Below are positions 9,358 to 17,742 of a DNA stretch of 64,000 nt, in pieces. The position numbers were made by a program, and so were the translations under genes. The notes beneath the pieces are model-generated. The model saw nothing but the letters and a program-made list of their open reading frames with translations. It was not told where the DNA came from and ran no database searches. The DNA comes from an uncultured virus (IMG/VR IMGVR_UViG_3300009008_000030) (taxonomy: Duplodnaviria > Heunggongvirae > Uroviricota > Caudoviricetes). Every line of letters begins with the position of its first letter. The first letter of the stretch is position 1. The stretch is taken from the IMG/VR virus record IMGVR_UViG_3300009008_000030. One strand, given 5' to 3'.

Positions 9358-10287
9358 TTATTCGCTCTCTATGGTGATCGTGAGTTCTTCGCTCACGGTG
9401 CGGGGAGTGTTGCTCAGGGTGCAGCCATTCCATGCGGTGATCTCCGCTCGCTCCACGCCGTACTGGCGCAGCATGTTGCGGAGCATTTCAATCGCCGTGC
9501 GGATTTCTTCCATCGGCTCGGAGAGAGACGGCACAGGAGGCTTAGAGGGCGACGGGAGGGGAGACGCCGAAGGATAGTCGAGCCGGGGAGGGTCAAGGCG
9601 TGCTGGTGACATGGCCTTGACCTGGGCTTCCAGGGAACGTCGCGCCGCAGTGGCCTTTAGAGCCGCTGTGGAGAAGGGGTCATTGGGGGGAGAAGGCATG
9701 AAGTTGATGGGGAGATCTCGCCTACCCTCCCGGCTAGTACCCTTGGCTGCGCTGCGGAAGGTGGACAGGCCGTGAGAGTTGCGCCACTCGCTGCGAACGC
9801 GAAAGAAGTAGGCCACCAGGGCCTCGGCGGCTTTGGTGTCGTCGGGCCACTCCGGGTGCTTCTCTAGCCTGTGTTGCGTCATTTCGTCGGGGTGGGCGTC
9901 GGCAATTCCCATCAACCACTGCCCTCGATTGCGGTAGTTGGATAGGGAGATCGAGTCGAAGGGAGAAAGGGTCATAGGTTCCTCGGGGGGAATGGGGATG
10001 GTTGGAGGTGGAGAGGGGATGGTGATGAGTCCTGCACGCAGTAGCTCATCGTGGAGGGCGATGTTCTTGGCTAGGCAGATGACGGGTTTGCCCGTTCGCG
10101 CTCCCCATGCCCTGGCGCGGTTCTGTGCGCCGTGGGAGATCGCCTTGGGGATAAAGATCAGGGCTTCCAACTTGTCGCTGAATGTGGCGTTGGACTTCGG
10201 CACTACCACCGTGCAGGGGATGCTCAGGTGACTGAGGTTGCGCTGGACGGTCTTGGCCGCCCAGGTATCAGCGACGATGCCGATCAT
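9358..10287 (-). CDS. Hypothetical protein with DUF2325-like N-terminal domain
   Basis: ALIFIPKAISHG...ARAWGARTGKPVICL pattern. Confidence 0.5.
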   Translation of the reverse strand: MIGIVADTWAAKTVQRNLSHLSIPCTVVVPKSNATFSDKLEALIFIPKAISHGAQNRARAWGARTGKPVICLAKNIALHDELLRAGLITIPSPPPTIPIPPEEPMTLSPFDSISLSNYRNRGQWLMGIADAHPDEMTQHRLEKHPEWPDDTKAAEALVAYFFRVRSEWRNSHGLSTFRSAAKGTSREGRRDLPINFMPSPPNDPFSTAALKATAARRSLEAQVKAMSPARLDPPRLDYPSASPLPSPSKPPVPSLSEPMEEIRTAIEMLRNMLRQYGVERAEITAWNGCTLSNTPRTVSEELTITIESE

Positions 10288-10427
10288 TTTTCTCGATTCC
10301 GGTAAGCGACGACGGCGATGCAGGCCACTCCCGCGAAGTTGAAGGCCCAGGTAGAGGGTGGAGCATCAGGCGCATGTTCAGCACTCGCCAAGAGCAGCCC
10401 CGAGATCAACAGCAGCGTATCCAACAT
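10284..10427 (-). CDS. 47-aa membrane peptide (below the ORF-track cutoff)
   Basis: AGGAGA RBS; MLDTLLLISGLLLASA...FAGVACIAVVAYRNREK; the stop overlaps the next ATG. Confidence 0.55.
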   Translation of the reverse strand: MLDTLLLISGLLLASAEHAPDAPPSTWAFNFAGVACIAVVAYRNREK

Positions 10428-10536
10428 CAGCGTTCTCCTATGACGACTCAAGTGGCCGCCCATTCAACGTATACCCCGATTTATACGTCTGGGTCAACCG
10501 GGTATACGATCTCCATCATGGACAAGCTGGTGACAG

Positions 10537-10962
10537 GTGTCTACGATAGCCGCGAAAGAGGTGGCCCCCATGACTCAGCAGATGATCTCCCCCCAAGGCA
10601 CTCCCGCGCACAATGGCAGCGCACACCCCCATGTCGCTAGCGTGTCTCAGGTCGATCCTCAGAGGCAACACCAAGGCCAGCCCCTCGGAGGACCGGCAGG
10701 AACCCCCCAGCACCACCCACAGCAGCCTCAGCCGCAGCAGCGCACCTTTGCCCCTGTTGGCGGGCCTCCGGCAGCGGTCGCGATGGTGCCTGCTCAGCGT
10801 CCTGCGCCCCAGCCCAAAGAGAGCTTCTTTTCGGCACACAAGCGTGAGATCTTGATTGGCACCGGGGCCGCTATCTTCGGAGCTATGTTCCTGGGGAATA
10901 CGGGCAAGGTGATTACGGACGTGGCCACGAGCGCCACGAACTCCCGTCGCAACCAGGGATGA
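10537..10962 (+). CDS. Pro/Gln-rich membrane protein
   Basis: C-terminal TM ILIGTGAAIFGAMFLG; ATGA overlap with the next gene. Confidence 0.65.
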   Translation: MSTIAAKEVAPMTQQMISPQGTPAHNGSAHPHVASVSQVDPQRQHQGQPLGGPAGTPQHHPQQPQPQQRTFAPVGGPPAAVAMVPAQRPAPQPKESFFSAHKREILIGTGAAIFGAMFLGNTGKVITDVATSATNSRRNQG

Positions 10963-11297
10963 AGCGCAAGCTGATCATCGGGCTGGTGGTCGCTACCATC
11001 GTCATTATCTTGGTTGCTATCGTCGCTCCGGCCCTGGTCAAGTGGCTGGTTGGAGGCGTAGCCGTAGGCGGGGCCGCCTTGGTCAAGGCCCAAAAAGCAC
11101 GGCGAGCCGCCAACAAAGAACATCGTGTTTCCATTGAAGCTGAACGCCGAGAGGTTGACAGCTTGCAGGCAGATGCGGATGCTGAGGTTTCGGATGCGAC
11201 TTCTCGTGCCGATGAAGATCCCCAGGCCGATGCTGCCAGTCTCACCGAGGCTGAACGGCGCGAGCGCCTTGACGATGTAGCTAGGAGAGTGAAATGA
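10959..11297 (+). CDS. Membrane protein with coiled coil (i-spanin-like or holin-like)
   Basis: Two N-terminal hydrophobic segments and a charged helical tail. Confidence 0.55.
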   Translation: MKRKLIIGLVVATIVIILVAIVAPALVKWLVGGVAVGGAALVKAQKARRAANKEHRVSIEAERREVDSLQADADAEVSDATSRADEDPQADAASLTEAERRERLDDVARRVK

Positions 11298-11575
11298 GCC
11301 TGCCCTTTGATCCCAGCGACTTCACCGTTGCCAATGCCACAGAGAAGCTCGATGGGCTCTCTGATGAAGAACTTGATGCCGTCTACGAAGCGGAGATTGA
11401 CGACAAACAGCGCACCACGCTGCTCGACGCCATTACTGCTGCTCGGGAGGCCCTGCGTGCCCCTGTCCCGCAGCTTGAGGCTCCGGCACAGAGCGACGAG
11501 GACAGGCGGGCCGCTAATCGAGCCAAGATCAAGGCCGCAGGAATTGGTGGCAGTTACGTCGGCCCCAGCGTTTAG
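11294..11575 (+). CDS. Small helical protein related to the N-terminus of 16686..17429
   Basis: EELDAVYEAEIDDKQRTTLLDAI aligns with EQLAVFRAAETAAKSRKGILSLL. Confidence 0.65.
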   Translation: MSLPFDPSDFTVANATEKLDGLSDEELDAVYEAEIDDKQRTTLLDAITAAREALRAPVPQLEAPAQSDEDRRAANRAKIKAAGIGGSYVGPSV

Positions 11576-11582
11576 AGGATTC

Positions 11583-12002
11583 GTGCGGGCGCTAGTCGCG
11601 ATCTTACTCGCGTTGTGGGGGAGTGGTTGCTTTCCTGTTCAGCAGAAGATCGCCTGGGAGCCCTTTCCTGAGTATGCCTCTCCGTCTATAGAAGATGTAG
11701 TGGGCCATGACCCAGCCTCGCTTCTACAGGGTGATCTAGCTCCTTGGGATGGGTTGCTCCTGCATCCTGATGATCTTACAGCCCTGCTGGACGAGCGCGA
11801 CCGACTCATCGACGCTCTGAGTATCTCCTACCAGGGGCGCACGGAAGATCGAGAGTACGCCACCAAGGCCCTTGATGCGGCTCAGACGGCCTTGACCGTC
11901 TGCCGCAAGAACCTGCCTCGTGCCTTCGTCGCCGGAGCCGGAGCCGGAGCCGCTGCCTGCGGGGTCACGACCGCCATTGTCGCGGGAGCAGTTTCGAGGT
12001 AG
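11583..12002 (+). CDS. Lipoprotein with C-terminal TM (spanin-like)
   Basis: AGAGGA RBS, GTG start, MRALVAILLALWGSG-C lipobox, coiled coil, hydrophobic C-terminus. Confidence 0.55.
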   Translation: MRALVAILLALWGSGCFPVQQKIAWEPFPEYASPSIEDVVGHDPASLLQGDLAPWDGLLLHPDDLTALLDERDRLIDALSISYQGRTEDREYATKALDAAQTALTVCRKNLPRAFVAGAGAGAAACGVTTAIVAGAVSR

Positions 12003-12008
12003 GGCGAT

Positions 12009-12266
12009 CTAATCTCTCCCTGGTTCGGGGTCGAACAAGAACATCGCCATAGCGTCGAACATTTCGCCTTCCTGGGCGTGGGTGCCTTTGAGTACCTCCG
12101 CGCCCAAGGTGCCGATTACGGTCATGGCGTTGCTGTGCCCTGTGGGAATGTGGACAAAGCCCCCTCTGCCGTGGTCAGGGTGATCTAATATCACCACTGC
12201 TGCGGTGCCTGTGTTTTCCTGGGTAGCTTCGTAGACGGCTTGGAGAGCGACGGTGAGCGTATCCAT
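12009..12266 (-). CDS. Hypothetical protein
   Basis: ORF directly downstream of the RHH gene on the same strand. Confidence 0.5.
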   Translation of the reverse strand: MDTLTVALQAVYEATQENTGTAAVVILDHPDHGRGGFVHIPTGHSNAMTVIGTLGAEVLKGTHAQEGEMFDAMAMFLFDPEPGRD

Positions 12267-12270
12267 CCCG

Positions 12271-12579
12271 TTACTCTAGCGAGACGGGAAGATCGAGGGG
12301 AGGGCTTTCAGGATTCTCGGTGGGAACCGCAAAAGTTGCGAGGCGATCTAGCGCCTCCTGTCTTACCTGCACTGCCTGTTGGAAGGTAGGGGATTCCAGC
12401 ATGTGGTCGAGGGCTGGAGTTATCAGGAGTCGAATGAGGTCGGCTTGAGATCGACCCATCACGCTGGCTACGTCTGCCAGTCGGGCTGAGAGGGTGTCGT
12501 CCAGGCGCAGCGAGAAGGTACGGGGCATCTTGAGATCTCCAATCCCCGCTATCGTGCCTGCACCGCACCGGGTAGTCAA
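12271..12579 (-). CDS. Ribbon-helix-helix (CopG-like) regulator; likely start MPRTF
   Basis: TFSLRLDDTLSARLADVASVMGRSQADLIRLLI. Confidence 0.75.
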   Translation of the reverse strand: MTTRCGAGTIAGIGDLKMPRTFSLRLDDTLSARLADVASVMGRSQADLIRLLITPALDHMLESPTFQQAVQVRQEALDRLATFAVPTENPESPPLDLPVSLE

Positions 12580-12730
12580 GGTGAGTCGGTGGGCCTAGAC
12601 CGCTTCCTATCTGGTGCGTGAGGTCGTGTATTACAAGGTGCGTCGATACCGCGCTGGCGCTCGCGCACACTTCGCCTGTAGTGTGTACGGAATTGGAAGC
12701 TAAAACCCGCCCAATCGCCGGAGATTTCCG

Positions 12731-13486
12731 TTGACAAAGAAAGCAAACTCTGATCTCGCCATCGCCTACATTCGGGTCTCGACCGACGACCAACACCTGG
12801 GACCGGAGGCCCAGCGCCAGGACTGCGAAAAGTGGTGTATACGCCACGAGGTCAAGCTCCACTCTGTTTTTACGGACCAGGGCGTGTCTGGTGGAAAGGG
12901 TCTCGACTCCAGCGGGACCGCTCTCGACCTCACCAAGCGCCCTGCGCTGATGGAGGCGATCTCACAGATGCGGGAAGTGGGTGCTGGGATCTTACTGGTG
13001 GCCAAGCGGGACCGACTCGCCAGGGACGCGATGTTGGCCGCCATGCTTGAGCGGCTCTTGGCCAAGACCGGAGCGGTGGTGCGCTCGGCAGACGGCGTAG
13101 CTGGAGGCGACACCCCGGCAGATCGCTTCCAAGCTCAGATTCTCGATGCCGCCAGCGAGTACGAGCGGGCGCTCATCCGTGCCAGGACCGCCGCTGCGCT
13201 GGCCGTCAAGCGCCGCCGGGGGGAAAAGACAGGGGGAGACACACCCTTTGGCTTCCGCGCCGTTCCTGATGCCTCTGGTACGCTCCTGCTGGTCGAGGAC
13301 GCAGGGGAGCAGTGGGTCATGGCCTACATCGAGACTGCACGGCGGGCTGGCCTGTCCTACGCTAAGATCGCCAAGAGGCTCAACGCAGAAGGGATCTCAT
13401 GTCGCGGAAGCCGCTGGCATACGACGACGGTGGTTCGCCTGTACAAGCGGCAGGTGGCTAAGCGCCTAGCGCCCGCTCTCATCTGA
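12731..13486 (+). CDS. Serine recombinase (resolvase catalytic domain plus short recombinase domain)
   Basis: YIRVSTDDQ with catalytic Ser, DQGVSG, RPAL, KRDRLARD, SEYERALIRART, and C-terminal LSYAKIAKRLNAEG...RWHTTTV. Confidence 0.93.
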   Translation: MTKKANSDLAIAYIRVSTDDQHLGPEAQRQDCEKWCIRHEVKLHSVFTDQGVSGGKGLDSSGTALDLTKRPALMEAISQMREVGAGILLVAKRDRLARDAMLAAMLERLLAKTGAVVRSADGVAGGDTPADRFQAQILDAASEYERALIRARTAAALAVKRRRGEKTGGDTPFGFRAVPDASGTLLLVEDAGEQWVMAYIETARRAGLSYAKIAKRLNAEGISCRGSRWHTTTVVRLYKRQVAKRLAPALI

Positions 13487-14020
13487 GCCTTCTGCGGCTA
13501 GTTTAAGAGCTAGTGCGTTCTGCTTCTTGCTCAAGATCTGAGGGTCTCCAAAAGGGTCCAAAGCCTCTACAACACGACCTTGGGATACAACTACCGTGAG
13601 AGGTAGGTCCGAAGAAAAAAGTCGAGGAAGAGTCACCGTAACAGACGCATCCTCGTCCATTGGCTCACAGCCGCTTTCCCCCTCGTTTCGGGGAGGGTTC
13701 AAGGCGTTTTGTGCCATTCCTATCAAGATCTCCACAGCGGCACGCATGGCCTCTTCGCTGGTTGCCCCAGACGCAACGCGCTCGACACGGCCTCCCTTGA
13801 AGTACACGCGAACTGACCATAGCCAGGGGTGGGGTGGAGATAAGCCTTCTTCAAGTACGGTGTCTATCCCGTTCTCGGAGTAGCCTATTAGTGCTGCTGT
13901 TGCCTTCCACTGGTGACAGAGGATCTTCTCCAGCTTGCTGCCAACGTAGTTTGACTCTGTAAGCTCGATACTCATCCTCTCTACCGCCAGGGTTGGGCCT
14001 TCTTCGTTGTGACTGCTCAT
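13466..14020 (-). CDS. Hypothetical protein; C-terminal domain paralogous to 14576..14932
   Basis: Likely start MSSHNE (ATGA overlap). C-terminus VVVSQGRVVEALD...AAEGSDESGR. Confidence 0.6.
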   Translation of the reverse strand: MSSHNEEGPTLAVERMSIELTESNYVGSKLEKILCHQWKATAALIGYSENGIDTVLEEGLSPPHPWLWSVRVYFKGGRVERVASGATSEEAMRAAVEILIGMAQNALNPPRNEGESGCEPMDEDASVTVTLPRLFSSDLPLTVVVSQGRVVEALDPFGDPQILSKKQNALALKLAAEGSDESGR

Positions 14021-14574
14021 GGGGTGTCTCCTTGGTAAAGAAGGGGGATCAGCACCTCTTGTGCTTTGCTCTTTCTGAGTTCCCACTCCAACCGCTCTAG
14101 GTTGTCGTTGTAGGTGGCTTCGATCAGACCTTTCGCTTGCAACGCGCAGAGGGCGACGTGTACCTCTCCCTTGGGGGAGGTGAGGGGCTCTGTCCCTTCG
14201 GACCACAGACGGTCGCTGGCGGGGTCATGGGGGTGGTGTGTGAACTGGAGCAACGCCTCTCGTTCCGCTGCTGGCATTGTCGCTATGAGAGCTTGCTTGC
14301 GCTCGCTCAACAACACCTTGACCTTCTGGAGAGTGGTCTGAGAAGAATTGAAGTAGGTGCGCCACTTCTCGCGGATCGACTCATCATCTTCTTCCCATCC
14401 CCCCTCGTTGATTTGATCTTCGGCTATCTCTAGGTAGCGGCTCTCGGTGATTCTGCTGTAGGCGTATATGACGCGATCCAAGATCAGGTTTGGCCATGTC
14501 CCTATCTCTCCCTCCTGTCGATAGAAGTCCAGCAGCAGGTGGTCTTTCTCTTGCTGTGTAAGCTCGATACTCAT
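14017..14574 (-). CDS. Hypothetical protein
   Basis: 185-aa ORF in the operon, starting MSIELT. Confidence 0.65.
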   Translation of the reverse strand: MSIELTQQEKDHLLLDFYRQEGEIGTWPNLILDRVIYAYSRITESRYLEIAEDQINEGGWEEDDESIREKWRTYFNSSQTTLQKVKVLLSERKQALIATMPAAEREALLQFTHHPHDPASDRLWSEGTEPLTSPKGEVHVALCALQAKGLIEATYNDNLERLEWELRKSKAQEVLIPLLYQGDTP

Positions 14575-14575
14575 C

Positions 14576-14932
14576 CTATATCCCCGACTCGTCTGAGCCG
14601 TCTGCGGCTCTCTGGAGGGCCTCAGCGGTCTCGGAGGGGGTCAAGGCAACGGGAGCGCCCCACTCGTCCAGGGCGTCCACCACAGCGCCTCCTGAGACGC
14701 CTACGGTCACGGCCATGTCAGGCCGCTCGATGGTGATGGTCTGTGAAGTCTCGCGGAGGTGATCTAGCCGAATCCCCTGGAAGGTGAGGGCCAGGACTTT
14801 GATGAGGGCTTGTTCCTGGGGGCTGGGGTCTCGGGGGATCTCGTGGAGCGGCTCCCCTGGTTCCCCGCAGGCGGGGCAGGCCAGAGGGCCGTTGTAGATC
14901 TCGCCACAAGCGATGCAGGCTCGGTTGGTCAT
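14576..14932 (-). CDS. Zinc-ribbon protein with duplicated C-terminal domain
   Basis: MTNRACIACG...CPACG; C-terminus VGVSGGAVVDALD...AADGSDESGI. Confidence 0.6.
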   Translation of the reverse strand: MTNRACIACGEIYNGPLACPACGEPGEPLHEIPRDPSPQEQALIKVLALTFQGIRLDHLRETSQTITIERPDMAVTVGVSGGAVVDALDEWGAPVALTPSETAEALQRAADGSDESGI

Positions 14933-16187
14933 GCTTCCCTCTCGTTTCCTTCGATAAGCATGCCCGCTTCCACGTTTTCCCGAAGGAAGTTTGCTAGGTC
15001 GCGTCTGGTGTCGTCGCAAGACATAGGCTTGCCCTGGAACTTCCCGCAATAAAGGGCGTCGATTACAGACAGCACTGCGTTTGCGGCCTGTTGGTTCATA
15101 AGGGCGTGTTGGTTTTCATTGAGTCGGTGGTGGCTCATGCTCACTCTCCATCGAGTAGCTGTTTGATGTTCACGTCAGGCAGCTTCACTTCGCTGCCGTC
15201 CTTCATGGTGACCACCGATCCGTACAGCATGGGGAGTGGTTGCTGACCCCGTTCGTGAGCCTTCACTCGGGCGAACCCCACGGTGGTGTCATAGCCACGA
15301 GGGATGAGCAGGATGGATGAGATCTCATGGGCCTCGATGCCGTACTCGGCCTTGACCGCAAGCTGCCTCTCTAACTGTTGCAAGAGGCGCTGCTGCTCAG
15401 CCCTTTTCTCTTTGATTCCGGCTATCAGGGTCAAGGCCGATTTTAGCATGGTCAGTTCCATCCAGGCGAGAGGTTCTCAGCGATCTCAGAGGACACCTCG
15501 GGATAGGCCGTGGCCGTGGCCATGACCTTGCACACCTCCACGTCGGTAGGTGAGATCTGCTCGTCCTCTACCAACTCATCAGCCGCGCTGCCAGCCACCA
15601 GGGACCAGAAGGGGCTCGGGGCGGTCAAGGCCAAGCACAGGATGCTCGTGAGGCGCTCGATGGGGGTGGGGGTCATGGGCTATCCTCCTGGCGCTGCTCT
15701 CGGCAGGCCGCTTTGGCCTGCCGTCGCAGGGCCTTCTCGATGATACGCTTGTGCTTCCTGGCCTTCTCGGCCCGCCGACCGCCATGACCTCGATGGAACT
15801 GTCCATCAATGTCCTTGCGGTCCTTGAACAGTTTAGCTTTGCCGACCATTGTCAATACTCCCTCTCAGGTTCTCTCTGTGGGGCGCTCAGCGCCGGGGGT
15901 GGAAGGGCGCGGCTCCTGGGGCCTGAGAGGGACGCTCACTCGGCCTCCCCTCCGTATACGTCCGACCCGCATGGCTGCGCTGCGGGGGGCAGCGGTCCAT
16001 ACTGCGCCTGGGAGTCCCAATAGCGGCGGTAGAGCCTTTGCGCCGCGTCTCTCTCTGCGGCGTTGTAGCCCTCCTGCCACGCCAGCGCCCGCCACGTTCG
16101 CGCCTTGTAGGGGTTGGTCATGGCTGCTCCGGTGCGGTAGGCGTCCCAGCCCTTTGCCTTGATTCCTTGCTCGGTCACTGCGCCCAT
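14929..16187 (-). CDS. Run of small early-type hypothetical genes (14929-15144, 15141-15461, 15452-15676, 15673-15855, 15936-16187)
   Basis: Co-oriented ORFs, mostly with overlapping stop/start codons. Confidence 0.6.
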
Positions 16188-16270
16188 TGTCTCAGTCTCC
16201 TAGTTGGTGCCCCAAGGGGCAGGGGGTGGACCCCCATCTGACGGCTCCCGTAGGAGCCGCCAGTCCGGTT
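16188..16270 (-). repeat. Structured intergenic element, copy 1 (three hairpins plus RBS)
   Basis: ACCGG-CTG[stem]CAG-GGGGGTCCACCCCC-TGCCC..GGGCA-CCAACTAGGAGAC on the minus strand. Confidence 0.85.
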
Positions 16271-16276
16271 GTGGAT

Positions 16277-16597
16277 CTAAAGTCTCTCCATCTTTCCGGT
16301 CTTCGGGTTGTGGTAGCGGATCTCTGTGCATCCCGCGTTCGGCATCCCGAAGTCTTCGAGTGGCTCGAACCCAGTGGCATCGTCGTCGCCTACAAAGATC
16401 CCCTCGTAACAAAGATCCCCGTCGTCGTCGTACATCGAGAACCGCTCACCGCTTTCGCTTGAACGGATCTCATCCAGACTCAGGCCCGTCAGGGTCGAGT
16501 TCCAGTCGCCCGGCTCAGGGTCGTTCCAGTAGCCCTTGCAGCCGACACAATCTTTCGTGATCAACCATGCGTATCCGGCCCGCTCGTGTACATTCAT
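16277..16597 (-). CDS. Hypothetical phage protein
   Basis: FSMYDDDGDLCYEG...FEPLEDFGMPNAGCTEIRY; flanked by two copies of the element. Confidence 0.75.
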   Translation of the reverse strand: MNVHERAGYAWLITKDCVGCKGYWNDPEPGDWNSTLTGLSLDEIRSSESGERFSMYDDDGDLCYEGIFVGDDDATGFEPLEDFGMPNAGCTEIRYHNPKTGKMERL

Positions 16598-16680
16598 TGT
16601 CTCAGTCTCCTAGTTGGTGGCCTATGGCCAGGGGGTGGACCCCCGTCTGACGGCCCCCGCAGGAGCCGCCAGCCCGGTCG
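16598..16680 (-). repeat. Structured intergenic element, copy 2
   Basis: Same layout as copy 1, with compensatory changes. Confidence 0.85.
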
Positions 16681-16685
16681 TTCAA

Positions 16686-17429
16686 TCACTTCTTGCTCTT
16701 GCCCTTGCCCTTGCCCTTCGGCGCAGTCTTGGGTGCCTTAGCGGCGGCCTCAGCGGCCTTAGCAGCGGCCTTGGCCTCACGGCGCTCCTTGGCCTCGGCC
16801 TTGCGGCAGTTGCGGCAGTGGCTCTGGTTGCGCTCGGTGACACGGATGGTCTGGTTCTTGTGGTTGACTTTCTTCATGTTCCGCAGACCGAAAATGGAGT
16901 CGATGCCGCCGTTGGGGTCCTCGGTACTGTCGCGGCCCTTGCCGGTGACGCCACAGCGGGGGCAGGAGTGAGGGTCAGCGATGAGCGACGGGTTGCGGAT
17001 CACCTTGTAGTCACTCGTGTCGATGGAGGCAGTGTCCACGGCCTCAGCCTTCGGCTCGTCGGCCTTGGGAGCGGCCTTCGCCTTGGGAGCGGCCTTCGCC
17101 TTGGGAGCGGCCTTCGCCTTGGGAGCGGCCTTCGCCTTGGGAGCGGCCTTGGCCTTGGGAGCGGCCTTCGCCTTGGGAGCGGCCTTGGGGGGCAGCACTT
17201 CGTCGGCAGCGTCGAGAGCGTCGATGGCGGCGTCGTCGGCCTTCATTTCGGCCTCGATGCGGTCGAGCAGCGAGAGGATGCCCTTGCGGCTCTTGGCGGC
17301 AGTCTCGGCAGCGCGGAACACAGCCAGTTGCTCATAGCTCTGGATGGTGTCGTTGCACACGCGCTTGGCGTCTTTGACGGGGGCGCTGGTCATGGTCTCG
17401 GCGGCGGCGTTGGTTTCGTTGACGTTCAT
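16686..17429 (-). CDS. Histone H1-like (PKAKAA)n protein with C-terminal zinc finger
   Basis: About seven tandem 18-bp units encode PKAKAA; CPRCG...IFGLRNM...QSHCRNCR; Lys-rich tail; AGGAG RBS. Confidence 0.8.
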   Translation of the reverse strand: MNVNETNAAAETMTSAPVKDAKRVCNDTIQSYEQLAVFRAAETAAKSRKGILSLLDRIEAEMKADDAAIDALDAADEVLPPKAAPKAKAAPKAKAAPKAKAAPKAKAAPKAKAAPKAKAAPKADEPKAEAVDTASIDTSDYKVIRNPSLIADPHSCPRCGVTGKGRDSTEDPNGGIDSIFGLRNMKKVNHKNQTIRVTERNQSHCRNCRKAEAKERREAKAAAKAAEAAAKAPKTAPKGKGKGKSKK

Positions 17430-17497
17430 GTTCTCATTCTCCTAGTGCCGGGGGGGTGGTGGCTCCGGCTAGCCAGTCGTTGATCGATTAGGGGTCC

Positions 17498-17525
17498 AGA
17501 ATAATCGTCTGGTGATCCCTGTCAA
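17498..17525 (-). promoter_or_regulatory. Sigma70-like promoter (TTGACA-16 nt-TATTCT)
   Basis: Perfect -35 box in an AT-rich gap upstream of the H1-like gene. Confidence 0.6.
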
Positions 17526-17742
17526 TACTTTTGTATACGATAGTTTTCCTACACCGAAATGCGTCCGTTGGGATTCACCCATGCCACGCTATTCCCCCCG
17601 CCCCTCCCCGCCCCCTGAGAGCGCCTGTGGCTCTCAGGGGGTGGCCCTCGTCACCGCCGTGAGACCGTTGCAGCGGCCTAGGTGAGACGAGGGCCTCGGG
17701 ACGGCCTGCCAGGGTAGCGTTCCACCCCAACCCTGGTCAGCG

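Noticed and set aside
16614..17483. Plus-strand 289-aa ORF with LGSGLR repeats, and other long antisense ORFs (47635..49053, 57340..58377, 20432..21307, 60720..61775)
   Set aside because: These are shadow frames of better-supported genes on the opposite strand, expected at high GC, with no recognisable motifs.
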